The position numbers and the translations under genes are program-made. Source: Nitrospirota bacterium (GTDB taxonomy: Bacteria > Nitrospirota > UBA9217). From it: a DNA stretch of 64,000 nucleotides. The notes under the pieces were generated by a model, which saw nothing but the letters and a program-made list of their open reading frames with translations, did no database searches and was not told the origin of the DNA. Position 1 is the stretch's first letter, and every line of letters begins with the position of its first letter. Of this stretch, positions 20,333 through 30,797 are shown in pieces. Location of the stretch: NCBI GenBank assembly GCA_963749655.1, contig CAVVOB010000022.1, positions 64,001 through 128,000 on the forward strand. The letters are read 5' to 3'.

Positions 20333-22378
20333 ATGACAATGGAAAAAGAGACCTGCAATTTTTCATTCTGCAAGAAGCCGGCGATTGAAGAAGTAGAGAC
20401 CGATCTCCTCCTCATCGGCGGCGGTATGGCCTGCTGCGGCGCGGCCTTCGAAGGCGCACGCTGGGCGAACCCCAAGAAAATCAAGATAACCATGGTGGAC
20501 AAGGCCGCGACCGACCGGTCCGGCGCCGTTGCCATGGGTCTGTCCGCGATCAACACCTTTATGGGTGAGAACGATCCGAAGGATTATGTAAAGATGGTTC
20601 GGAACGACCTCATGGGAATCATCCGTGAAGACCTGGTCTATGACCTCGGCCGTCACGTTGATGATTCCGTGCAGCTCTTCGAGGAGTGGGGTCTCCCGAT
20701 CTGGAAAGTGGGCGACGACGGGTTCTCGCTCGACGGCTTCCAGGCAAAGGAAGCGGGCAAGGCTTCCCTCAAGGACGGCGGCAAGCCGGTCCGCTCCGGC
20801 AAGTGGCAGATCATGATCAACGGCGAGTCCTACAAGGTCATCGTGGCCGAGGCAGCCAAAAAGGCGCTGGAGACCAACCGCGCCGCTACCGGTGTCAAGC
20901 AGAACCACTACGAGCGCGTGTTCATCGTGAAGCTCTACAACGATGCCAAGGAGCCCAACAGGGTTGCGGCGGCAGCGGGCTTCAGCGTTCGTGAGAACAA
21001 GATCTATGTATTCAAGGCAAAGGCCATGGTCCTGGCAGCCGGCGGCGCGGTGAACGTGTTCCGCCCCCGGTCCACCCAGGAAGGCCAGGGCCGCGCCTGG
21101 TACCCGGTGTGGAATTCCGGTTCCGGCTACGCGTTGGGCCTCCAGGCCGGCGCAGAGCTGACCCTGATGGAAAACCGGTTCGTGCCCGCCCGCTTCAAGG
21201 ACGGCTACGGCCCGGTGGGCGCCTGGTTCCTGTTCTTCAAGGCAAAGGCGACCAACAGCCTCGGTGAAGACTATTGCGCCAATGCGGAAGCCCTGGCTGA
21301 GGCCAAAAAGAAGTATGGCAAGTATGTCGATGCCCTCGGCACCGCGATCCGCAACCACCTGATGATGCGCGATATGAAGCTCGGCAAAGGCCCGATCCTC
21401 ATGAACACGCACCATGCCATGGAGGCGATCAACAAGACCTTCAAGGAAAAACTCGGCGATAAGGAAGGTGCCAAGAAGGTGAAGCACCTCGAGGCTGAGG
21501 CATGGGAAGACTTCCTCGATATGGCCATCGGCCAGGCCGGCCTCTGGGCCGCGCAGAACATTGAGCCGGACAAGGTCCCGTCCGAAATCATGCCGACCGA
21601 ACCGTATCTCCTTGGGTCCCACGCGGGCTGCGCAGGCTTCTGGTGCTGCGGTCCCGATGATTTGGGTGCTCCCGAAGAGTGGAACAAGAAGTGGCCGGCA
21701 GGGAACTACAACCGCCAGTCCACCGTGAAAGGCCTCTTCATGTGCGGCGACATCTGCGGCGCTTCGGGCCACAAGTTCTCCTCTGGTTCGCATGCAGAGG
21801 GACGTATCGCCGCGAAGAGCGCGATCGCGTTCCTGCTCGACAACCCGAACTACACCCCGACGATCAACGAGACCGCCGACCACCTGGCAGCCGAGCTCTA
21901 TCTGCCCTTCGAGGTGTATGAGAAGTACAAGAACCACACCACGGCACCGGAGATCAACCCGAATTACATCAAGCCGAAGATGCTCCAGACCCGTCTGCAG
22001 AAGATCGCCGACGAATATTTTGGCGGCATCTCGACCTGGTACATGACCTCCAAGACCATGCTCGAAGCAGGCCTGGGCAAGCTCCAGGTGCTCAAGGAAG
22101 ACACCTCCAAGATGGCGGCTGCCAATCTGCACGAACTGATGCGCTGCTGGGAACAGTATCATCGTATTCTCTCCGTCGAAGCCCATGCACGCCACATCCT
22201 GTTCAGGGAAGAGTCGCGGTATCCTGGCTACTACTATCGCGGCGACTTCGATCTGATCGATGACAACAACTGGAAGTGCTTCGTGAACTCGAATTACGAC
22301 CAGAAGACCGACAAGTGGACGGTCAAGAAGGTACCGTACGTACAGATGGTCGAAGATGCAGCTCCTGTAAAACATTAA
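20333..22378 (+). CDS. aprA: Adenylylsulfate reductase alpha subunit
   Basis: GGGMACCG, RSGAVAMGLSAIN, GKWQIMINGESYK, RFKDGYGPVGAW and GHKFSSGS. Confidence 0.97.
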   Translation: MTMEKETCNFSFCKKPAIEEVETDLLLIGGGMACCGAAFEGARWANPKKIKITMVDKAATDRSGAVAMGLSAINTFMGENDPKDYVKMVRNDLMGIIREDLVYDLGRHVDDSVQLFEEWGLPIWKVGDDGFSLDGFQAKEAGKASLKDGGKPVRSGKWQIMINGESYKVIVAEAAKKALETNRAATGVKQNHYERVFIVKLYNDAKEPNRVAAAAGFSVRENKIYVFKAKAMVLAAGGAVNVFRPRSTQEGQGRAWYPVWNSGSGYALGLQAGAELTLMENRFVPARFKDGYGPVGAWFLFFKAKATNSLGEDYCANAEALAEAKKKYGKYVDALGTAIRNHLMMRDMKLGKGPILMNTHHAMEAINKTFKEKLGDKEGAKKVKHLEAEAWEDFLDMAIGQAGLWAAQNIEPDKVPSEIMPTEPYLLGSHAGCAGFWCCGPDDLGAPEEWNKKWPAGNYNRQSTVKGLFMCGDICGASGHKFSSGSHAEGRIAAKSAIAFLLDNPNYTPTINETADHLAAELYLPFEVYEKYKNHTTAPEINPNYIKPKMLQTRLQKIADEYFGGISTWYMTSKTMLEAGLGKLQVLKEDTSKMAAANLHELMRCWEQYHRILSVEAHARHILFREESRYPGYYYRGDFDLIDDNNWKCFVNSNYDQKTDKWTVKKVPYVQMVEDAAPVKH

Positions 22379-22391
22379 GAACGTGAACACC

Positions 22392-22420
22392 TCCGGGGAG
22401 GGGCAACCCTCCCCGGAATT
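22392..22420 (+). terminator. Stable hairpin after aprA (terminator or RNA stabiliser)
   Basis: TCCGGGGAGGG-GCAA-CCCTCCCCGGA stem with a GNRA loop. The U-tract is weak. Confidence 0.6.
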
Positions 22421-22547
22421 TATTGAAAATTGTAAAGTGGAGTTGTTTTTGTTCAACACATCGAACGAAGGTACTTTACAGTGTTCAATCGATATCAACT
22501 TCGACGTAACGTTTCAGTTTCACTGCCTTAAGGAGGAATAGATTATT

Positions 22548-23798
22548 ATGGCGGAAAATAAGTTGTTGGTTGTCGGCGGAGGCTTCAGCGGCCTCACGGC
22601 AGCAGTAGAAGCCGCGGAAGCAGGATCCGATGTCATTATCGTCGAAAAGAACCCCTATCTCGGCGGCCGGGTGACGCAGCTGAACAAGTACTTCTGGAAG
22701 ATGTGTCCCCCAAACTGCGGCCTCGAAATCCAGTATAAGAGGATCAAGAACAACGGCAAGGTGACGATCTATACCATGGCCGAGGTGGAAAAAGTGGCCG
22801 GGACCGAGGGCAACTTCGACGTCACGATCAAGACCACGCCCCGGTTCGTGAACGACAAGTGTACGGGCTGCAACAAATGCGCCGAAGCCTGCGATGTGGA
22901 GCGGTCGAACGATTTCGATTTCGGCATGAGCAAAACGAAAGCAGCTTACCTCCCGCACAACCAGGCATTTCCGCTGAAGTACGTCATCGACGCAAAAGCC
23001 TGCAAGGGAGCGTCCTGCGCCAAGTGTGTTGCCGCATGTAAGTACGATGCAATCCACCTCGACATGAAGACGGAGACCATAAACGTGAAGGTCGGCGCCG
23101 TGGTCATGGCAACGGGCTGGAACCCCTACGATGCGACCAGGATGGACAACCTCGGGTTCGGGAAAGTCCAGAACGTCGTTACGAACATGATGATGGAGCG
23201 TCTAGCAGCGCCGAACGGTCCCACGGCAGGCAAGATCGTACGGCCGTCGGACGGCAAGGAAGTGAAGAACATCGCCTTTGTGCAGTGCGCCGGTTCGCGC
23301 GACGAGAACCATCTCGCCCATTGTTCCTACATCTGCTGCCTGGCGTCGATCAAGCAGGCGACCTACGTGCGCGAGCTTTACCCCGATTCCAAGGCGAAGA
23401 TCTTCTATATCGATATGCGGACCCCCGGCCTCTATGAGAACCGGTTCTACACCAAGATCAAGGAAGACCAGAATGTGTCCTTCCTCAAGGGCAAAGTCGC
23501 CAAAGTGGAGCAGGGAGAGAACGGCGACGTGAAGGTGACCGCCGAGGACATTCACGGCGGCGGCAAGATAACCGAGACCTTCGATATGGTCGTGCTTGCC
23601 ACGGGGATGCAGCCCTCGACAGAGTCCTTCAAAGGTGCGGGAATTGTACCGACCGCTGACGGGTTCGTGGACCAGGCAACGCTCCCGAAGGGCATGTATG
23701 CGACCGGGACGCTCAAGACCCCCGTTGATGTGGCGCGGTCGGCCCAGGATGCCACCGGCGTGGTCATGAAAAGCATCCAGAGCTTGAGGAGGAAATAG
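22548..23798 (+). CDS. qmoA: QmoA (HdrA-like flavoprotein)
   Basis: VGGGFSG, KMCPPNCG, ferredoxin insert and QCAGSRD..CSYICC. Follows aprBA. Confidence 0.92.
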   Translation: MAENKLLVVGGGFSGLTAAVEAAEAGSDVIIVEKNPYLGGRVTQLNKYFWKMCPPNCGLEIQYKRIKNNGKVTIYTMAEVEKVAGTEGNFDVTIKTTPRFVNDKCTGCNKCAEACDVERSNDFDFGMSKTKAAYLPHNQAFPLKYVIDAKACKGASCAKCVAACKYDAIHLDMKTETINVKVGAVVMATGWNPYDATRMDNLGFGKVQNVVTNMMMERLAAPNGPTAGKIVRPSDGKEVKNIAFVQCAGSRDENHLAHCSYICCLASIKQATYVRELYPDSKAKIFYIDMRTPGLYENRFYTKIKEDQNVSFLKGKVAKVEQGENGDVKVTAEDIHGGGKITETFDMVVLATGMQPSTESFKGAGIVPTADGFVDQATLPKGMYATGTLKTPVDVARSAQDATGVVMKSIQSLRRK

Positions 23799-23800
23799 GG

Positions 23801-26037
23801 ATGGAGAAGAAATACTGCGTATATATCTGCAAAGGCTGCGGCATCAAGGATGCAATGGACGTCGAGAAGGTGTCCGGGGCGGCCAAAAAGGTGCAGAATT
23901 TCAAGTTTCATGATGCCCTGTGCAGCCCCGAAGGCGTGCAGCTGATCAAGGACGATATCGCAAAAGAGGGTGTCAATACGATCGTCATCGCCGCCTGTTC
24001 GCCGCGTGCCAAGGCAGCCGAATTCACGTTCCCCGGCGTCCTCACCGAGCGGGTCAACATCCGCGAGTTCGTGGCCTGGACCATGGAGCCGAATACGGAA
24101 GGAACGAACGATGCGGCCTATGACTACATTTCCATGGGTATCACGAAAGTTCAGAAGGCCGAATTGCCTGAGCCCAATATCCTGCCTGACCTGAACAGCA
24201 CGATTCTGGTCATCGGCGGCGGTATTGCCGGCATGACCGCGGCGCTTTCAGCTGCCGATGCGGGCCAGCAGGTCGTCCTTGTCGAGAAAGACGCCAAGCT
24301 CGGCGGGTTCGTGAACCAGCTCTATAAAAAGATCCCGACCGGCTCCTATATCAACAAGCCGCTGATCGTTGATACGGAGATCGAGAAGACCGTAAGCCAG
24401 GTCGAGAGCAACCCGAATATCAAAGTATACAAATCAACCACGGTATCAAAGACCGAGGGACAGCCGGGCCTGTACGACGTGACGCTTTCGAACGGCGAGA
24501 CGATGAAGATCGGCGCCATCGTCATGGCAACGGGCTGGAAGGCCTATGATGCGACCAAGCTCGACTACCTCGGCTACGGCAAGATGAAGAACGTGGTGAC
24601 GAACTTCGAGCTCGAGGAAATCGCGAAGAAAAATAACGGAAAACTCCTCCGCCCGTCCGACGGCAAGCCGGCCCTCAAAGTCGCCTTTATCCAGTGCGCC
24701 GGGCAGCGCGATCCGAATCACCTTCCCTACTGCTCCTCCATGTGCTGCGCCACCTCGCTCAAGCAGGCGCAGTATGTCCGTCAGAACGAGCGATGCCCTT
24801 GCCATGATCTTCTACAAGGACATCCGGACGCCCGGCAGGACCGAGCTCTACTACAAGGAAGCCCAGAACAATCCGGGTATCATGCTTTCGAAGGCGGACG
24901 TGACCGGCGTTTCCGATGCCGGCAACGGCAATATGTTCGTCGAGATGGAGAACACGCTCTTCGGCCTGAAGACCGGCGAGAAAGTGAAGGTCGAGGCAGA
25001 CCTCGTGGTGTTGGCGACGGGCATGGTCCCGACCACGCGTGCTCCCCAGGAATACGCCGACGGGCTCACCAAGGCGGCGGGCGGCGGCGATGAATCCAAG
25101 AAGAACTACCTCGAACAGACTCCCCAGCCCGATTACATCCTGAATCTCGGCTATCGCCAGGGGCCGGAAATCCCGACCCTCGAAGGAGCGTCGGGTTTCG
25201 CCGATTCGAACTTCATCTGCTTCCAGTACGAAACCCGCAGGACCGGCATCTACGCGGCCGGCGGCGTGCACCAGCCCATGAACATGGCGGAAGCCATGGA
25301 AGACGGGGCCGGCGCGGCTTTCAAGGCAATCCAGGCCATCGATCACGTATCCCGCGGTATCGCGGTCCATCCCCGCGCCTGGGATGTGACGTATCCTGAC
25401 CCGCTCCTCATCAAGTGCACGGCCTGCAAGCGGTGCACGGAAGAGTGCCCCTTCGGCGCCATCGACGAAGACGAAAAAGGCATCCCGAAATACAATCTCA
25501 ACCGCTGCCGGCGGTGCGGCACCTGCATGGGCGCCTGCCCCGAACGTATCGTTTCGTTCAAGGACTACAGCGTCGATATTGTCGGCTCCATGCTTAAGTC
25601 TGTGGAATACTCCGATGATGAGGACAAGCCGACGATCATCTGCCTGGTCTGCGAGAACGACTCCTACCCGGCGCTCGACACGGCGGCTATTGCCGGAAAG
25701 AAGATCGACCCGGCATTCCGGTTCATTTCCATGCGGTGCCTGGGCGGAATGAACTCTGGTGTGGGTTGCCGACGCGCTGTCCAAGGGCGCCGACGGTATG
25801 CTGCTTCTCGGTTGCAAGTACGGGGAGAACTATCAGTGCCACTTCGTCAAGGGGAGCGAACTCGCGAACACCCGCTTCAGCAAGGTCAGTGAGACTCTGA
25901 ACCGGCTCCAGCTCGAGTCCGAGCGCGTTCAGCTGATGCAGGTCGCCATCAACGAGTATGATAAACTGCCGGACATGCTCAATGACTTTGCTGCCAGGAT
26001 CAGGGAGATCGGGCCGAATCCGTTCAGGACCATGTAA
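23801..26037 (+). CDS. qmoB: QmoB (HdrA-like + ferredoxin + MvhD domain), frameshifts near 24788 and 25755
   Basis: Three overlapping ORFs (23801-25093, 24774-25892, 25759-26037) join into a complete QmoB: GGGIAG, QCAGQRD..CSSMCC, 2x[4Fe-4S], CENDSYP, GCKYG..YQCHF. Confidence 0.9.
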
Positions 26038-26119
26038 GCCGAAAGCGGAATTCGGATTTCGGAGTGCGGAATGAAATACAAACATCACTCCTAACAAAGT
26101 AAGTGGAGGATAAGATATT

Positions 26120-27281
26120 ATGTCAGAAGCAACCGTAATTAAACCAGATTTAGCGTTTGTGAACGAGATCATCAAGGGCGGCGGCGAATCCCTGAAGAAG
26201 TGCTACCAGTGCGCCACCTGCTCGGTGGTCTGTAACGTGACGCCCGAGGGCAACCCGTTTCCCGCGCAAGGAAATGGTGCTCGCCCAGTGGGGCCAGAAA
26301 GACAAGCTCATCGCGAGCCCCGATGTCTGGCTTTGCCACCAGTGCAGCGACTGTACGGCATACTGCCCGCGTGGCGCAAAACCGGGCGAAGTCCTGAATG
26401 CCATACGGAAACAGAGCATCAAGGAAATGGCCATGGTGCCCTTTTTCGCGAAGATCGCCACGGACGCCAAACTCGTGCCGGTCCTCTTCGCCATTCCCAT
26501 GGTTCTGTTTTACGTTATCCTGGCTGTGCTCGGCAACGGCGGCTTTACCGCACCGCGGGCCGAGGGCAATATCATGGCCTACCACAAGTTCGTGCCCGTG
26601 CCGATCATCGACACGGTATTCATCCTGACGGCGATCTTCGCCGCTGTTTCGGCCTTTGTCGGCATCAAGAAGCTCTGGAGCGGCATGAAGGCCCAGGCCG
26701 GGGAGATGAAGTCCACCGGCAGTCTGGGCGGTGACATCGTCGCCTCGATCACGGAGATCCTGGCCCATACCAAGTTCGCAGACTGCAACGTGAACCGGAT
26801 GCGGCAGTGGGGGCACATGCTCCTGTTCTACAGCTTTGCCGGTCTTGCGGTCGTCACGACCTGGGCGATCGTCTATCTCTACGGCTTTGAATTGCTGGGT
26901 ATCCAGCCTTTCGGTCCATTCCACTTCGGCGAGTCTCCGTACCCGAACAGCGATCCCGTGAAGATCCTGGCGCTCATCAGCTCGATTGCGTTTGCTGCCG
27001 GCGTGGTGATACTGTTGCTTAACCGCCTTGGCAAGGCCGGAAAAGCAGGTATCGGCTCTTATTTCGACTGGATTTTTCTGACCATCGTGATCGGCGTCGG
27101 CGCAACGGGCATGCTTTCCTGGGCGCTCCGGCTGGCGGATATGGAAATCGGATACCTCGTTTATTATTTCCACCTGGTATTTGTATGGTCTCTCTTTGCC
27201 TACGCACCCTATTCCAAGTTTGCGCACCTTTTTTATCGAACCACGGCGATGGTTTTTGCACGTCGCAGCGGGCGCAAGTAG
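26120..27281 (+). CDS. qmoC: QmoC (HdrC-like Fe-S domain + membrane domain), frameshift near 26263
   Basis: [11 protein letters not shown], then FP/RKEM, then [12 protein letters not shown], several TM helices and [11 protein letters not shown]. Confidence 0.92.
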
Positions 27282-27365
27282 CAAGGGAACTGACCAGCAC
27301 GGTATCAGGCATGAGCAACATAAGGGCCATGGCGGGGGGCTTCCCCATCAGGGATCGGTGAAATT

Positions 27366-27812
27366 ATGAAAGTTAAAGAACTACTCAGTATCAAGGGACT
27401 TGAGTGCTTCAGCATCACCAGCGATCAGACGCTCCTGGACGCGGCGAAACAGCTGTCGGAATGCAACATCGGCGCTCTGCTCGTGATGGACCGTGGTTCT
27501 CTCGCCGGGATCATCACCGAGCGCGATATCGTCAAGAACGCTGCGAACGAGGCAAAACAGTGCAAGGAAGTGAAGATCAAGGATGTGATGAGCACAAACC
27601 TGCTCGTTGTCAAGCCCGGCGACGATCTTGATTACGTGATGGCGATCATGATCCAGAATAATATCCGGCATACACCGGTCGTCGAGCCCAGCGGTCTGGT
27701 GGGACTGCTCTCTATGCGCGATGTGGTGCGTGTCCTGGTCAAGAATCTCAAGGCGGAAAATACCTACCTCAAGGACATGATCGGCGGCAAGCTCGGTGAA
27801 ATGGGCGATTAG
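27366..27812 (+). CDS. Stand-alone CBS-pair domain protein
   Basis: NIGALLV..GIITERDI and NIRHTPV..GLLSMRDV. Confidence 0.88.
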   Translation: MKVKELLSIKGLECFSITSDQTLLDAAKQLSECNIGALLVMDRGSLAGIITERDIVKNAANEAKQCKEVKIKDVMSTNLLVVKPGDDLDYVMAIMIQNNIRHTPVVEPSGLVGLLSMRDVVRVLVKNLKAENTYLKDMIGGKLGEMGD

Positions 27813-27856
27813 TGAATTAATTTTGCTTCAGAGGGAGGGATGCCTGGGGGGGATTC

Positions 27857-27914
27857 GCTATTAGGTTGTTCGCGCCCAAGTCTTCTGAGATGAGCGCATT
27901 ATTATCGGATAGGC
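27857..27914 (+). ncRNA. Candidate cis-regulatory RNA in the hppA leader (resembles the DUF1646/Na+-I riboswitch pattern)
   Basis: CTAT..GGTTG - GCGC CCAAGTCT TCTG AGATGA GCGC - ATCGG ATAG, a nested hairpin. The family match is from memory and needs a covariance-model search. Confidence 0.4.
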
Positions 27915-27956
27915 AACATCAGAACGTTATAATCTAATTTAAAGGAGGAGAACTTA

Positions 27957-30040
27957 ATGAGTAACACGATTCTTTTTGCCCTCGTGTGCGGCGTTGCCGG
28001 CGTCATTTACGGCATCATGACCGCAATGTGGGTGAACAAGCAGGATTCAGGCAATCAGAAAATGATCGACATTTCCAATGCAGTGAAGGAAGGCGCTAAT
28101 GCGTTCCTGGCGCGCGAGTACAAGACAGTTGCAGTGGTCGCAGTGATTCTGCTTGTGGCCTGGCGCTCGTTCCCGCCCTCGGTATGTGGACAGCAGTCGG
28201 ATTCGTCATCGGCACGGTGGGTTCCGCCCTTGCCGGCTTCATCGGCATGTGGGTGTCGCTCCGCGCTAACGTTCGTACGGCAGCGGCAGCCAGCAAAGGC
28301 CTCCAGGCCGCGCTCAGCCTCGCGTTCAAGGGCGGCTCCGTGACCGGCATCATGGTCGTGGGCCTCGGCATCATCGGTCTTGCCGGTTTTTACTTCGTCG
28401 CTAAGACGGCTTGCTCCGCGAGCAGGTTCACACGCTCTGATCGGACTCGGCTTCGGCTGCTCGCTGATGAGCGTGTTCGCCCGTATCGCGGGCGGTATCT
28501 ACACCAAGGCCGCTGACGTGGGCGCCGACCTCGTGGGTAAGGTCGAGAAGAACATCCCCGAAGACGATCCGCGCAACCCCGCCGTGATCGCCGACAACGT
28601 GGGCGACAACGTGGGCGACTGTGCCGGTATGGCCGCTGACCTCTATGAGACCTACACGGTGACCCTCGTGGCCGCCATGCTTCTCGCCAAGACCGTGTTC
28701 GGTGCGGACAGCCCGTGGATCGAGTTTCCGCTCATGCTGGGCGGTGTTTCGATCATCGCTTCCATCGTGGGCACCTACTGCGTCAGACTCGGCAAGAACA
28801 ACTACATCATGGGCGCCCTGTATAAGGGATTGGCCGTTGCAGGCGTTATCGCGGCAGCTCGCGTTCTACTTTCGTGTCCAAGAGCTTTATCGCCGGCCTC
28901 GGCGACCAATGCCGGCGTGTTTCACGGCGAACACCGTGTTCTTCATCTCCCTCATCGGCCTTGCCTTGACCGGCCTGATCGTGTGGCTCACCGAGTACTT
29001 CACCGCTAAAGAGTATCCCCCGGTGCAGCACATCGCACAGGCGAGCCTCACCGGCCACGGCACGAACGTGATCGCCGGACTCGCAGTCAGCATGAAGTCC
29101 ACCGCACCGCCCGTGCTCGTGATCGTTGCCTCGATCCTGGGCGCCTACTGGCTCGGCGGCGGATTCTCCGGCCAGGCAGAACGCAGCATCCGGCGGCATC
29201 TTCGCCATCGCGCTTGCAGCAGTTTCCATGCTTTCCATGACCGGCATCGTCGTGGCCATCGACTCGTACGGCCCGATCACGGACAATGCGGGCGGCGTCG
29301 CTGAAATGGCTGGTCTCCCGAAAGAGATCCGCGATATCACGGACCCCCTCGATGCGGTCGGCAACACCACCAAGGCAGTGACCAAGGGCTATGCCATCGG
29401 TTCCGCAGCACTGGCAGCTTTGGTGCTGTTCTCGGAATATTCACGCTCCTTCACCGGCGGGGTTGTATCATTCGAACTTTCGAACCCCCTGGTTCTTTGC
29501 GGCTTGTTCATCGGCGGCATGCTCCCCTACTACTTCGGCGCGCTCCTTATGGAGTCCGTTGCTAAGGCTGCAGGCGGCGTGGTGGTGGAAGTTCGCAGAC
29601 AGTTTGCGGAGATCAAGGGCATCATGGAAGGCACCGGCAAGCCTGATTACGCAGCGTGCGTTGACATCGTGACCAAGGGCGCCATCAGCGAGATGATGAT
29701 CCCGGCGCTCCTTCCGGTCGTCGTGCCGGTGCTGGTGGGCCTCCTCCTGGGCAAAGAAGCCCTGGGCGGCGTGCTTATCGGCGCCATCGTGACCGGCCTG
29801 TTCCAGGCCATCGCCATGACCTCCGGCGGCGGCGCATGGGACAATGCCAAGAAGTCCTTCGAAGACGGCGTCACGGACAGCAAGGGCGTTGTGCACAAGA
29901 AGGGCAGCGACGGACACAAGGCTTCGGTCACGGGCGACACGGTCGGCGATCCTTACAAGGACACCGCAGGTCCGGCCATCAACCCGATGATCAAGGTCAT
30001 CAACATCGTGGCGCTCCTGATTGTTCCGTTGATCAAGTAA
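27957..30040 (+). CDS. hppA: Membrane-bound ion-translocating pyrophosphatase, K+-independent type (about four frameshifts)
   Basis: [48 protein letters not shown] and [14 protein letters not shown], spread over four to five frame segments. Confidence 0.93.
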
Positions 30041-30057
30041 GCAGCATTCGCAATCAC

Positions 30058-30090
30058 AAGGCTGCCCCAGGTCCTGGGGCAGCCTTTTTT
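30058..30090 (+). terminator. Intrinsic terminator after hppA
   Basis: AAGGCTGCCCCAG-GTC-CTGGGGCAGCCTT followed by a T run. Confidence 0.9.
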
Positions 30091-30217
30091 ATTCACGGTT
30101 CGGATTCCCTGCTTGTAATTTGACGATAAAGTGGTATTATTCAATCCGTTAGAGCAGTCATCGGATAGCTTTATCTTTGGAGATAGAGGTAAAGTTATTA
30201 TTCGTTTTCGTTAGGGC

Positions 30218-30742
30218 ATGTTGAGCTCTGACGTATTTCATGCGCTTATGAAGGATGCTGAGGTACTCGTAAGGGCCGGCTGTTCTGCCGACGTTGTTGC
30301 CCACTGTATAACGGTGTCGAATATGGCACTTTCGGTAGCGGAGCGTATGAAGGTTGCTGTTGATCGAGAGCTTGTACGCCAGGGCGGGCTGTTCCACGAC
30401 ATCGGCAGGTCGCGTACGCATGGGATTGAACACGCAATCGCCGGCGTAGAAATTGCGAAGGACCTCGGTTTTTCAGACGCGCTCTCAAAGATCATCGAAC
30501 GTCATATCGGCGCGGGTATCACAGCGGAAGAGGCGGAGAGACTTGGGTTGCCGAAAAGGGATTACCTGCCGCTGACAACAGAAGAAAAGATCGTCTCCTA
30601 TGCCGATAACCTTGTCAGCGGTGTGCGGGAGATGCCATTTTTTGAAGCGCTTGACCGGTTCAGGGACATTCTCGGACCTGACCACGAAGGTGTCGAACTT
30701 TTCATAAAGCAGCATCACGAAATACAAAGCTGGATGAAATAG
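30218..30742 (+). CDS. HD-domain (HDIG) protein
   Basis: HC...LFHDIGR..THGIEHA...HIGAGI...YADNL. Confidence 0.85.
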   Translation: MLSSDVFHALMKDAEVLVRAGCSADVVAHCITVSNMALSVAERMKVAVDRELVRQGGLFHDIGRSRTHGIEHAIAGVEIAKDLGFSDALSKIIERHIGAGITAEEAERLGLPKRDYLPLTTEEKIVSYADNLVSGVREMPFFEALDRFRDILGPDHEGVELFIKQHHEIQSWMK

Positions 30743-30797
30743 AGTCAGAAGAAGAACACACGAGATGCCTCGCATCAAGTGGGCGTTGAAGGGAATG

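Noticed and set aside
20363-22498. 711-aa antisense ORF over aprA, and similar long antisense ORFs over sat, ettA, aspS and guaA
   Set aside because: Shadow frames caused by high GC3 codon bias in well-identified genes on the opposite strand. No recognisable motifs.
23801-30040. qmoB, qmoC and hppA as true pseudogenes or programmed frameshift sites
   Set aside because: Breaks are scattered across unrelated genes including guaA, have no common slippery motif and show no further decay, so sequencing error is more parsimonious.
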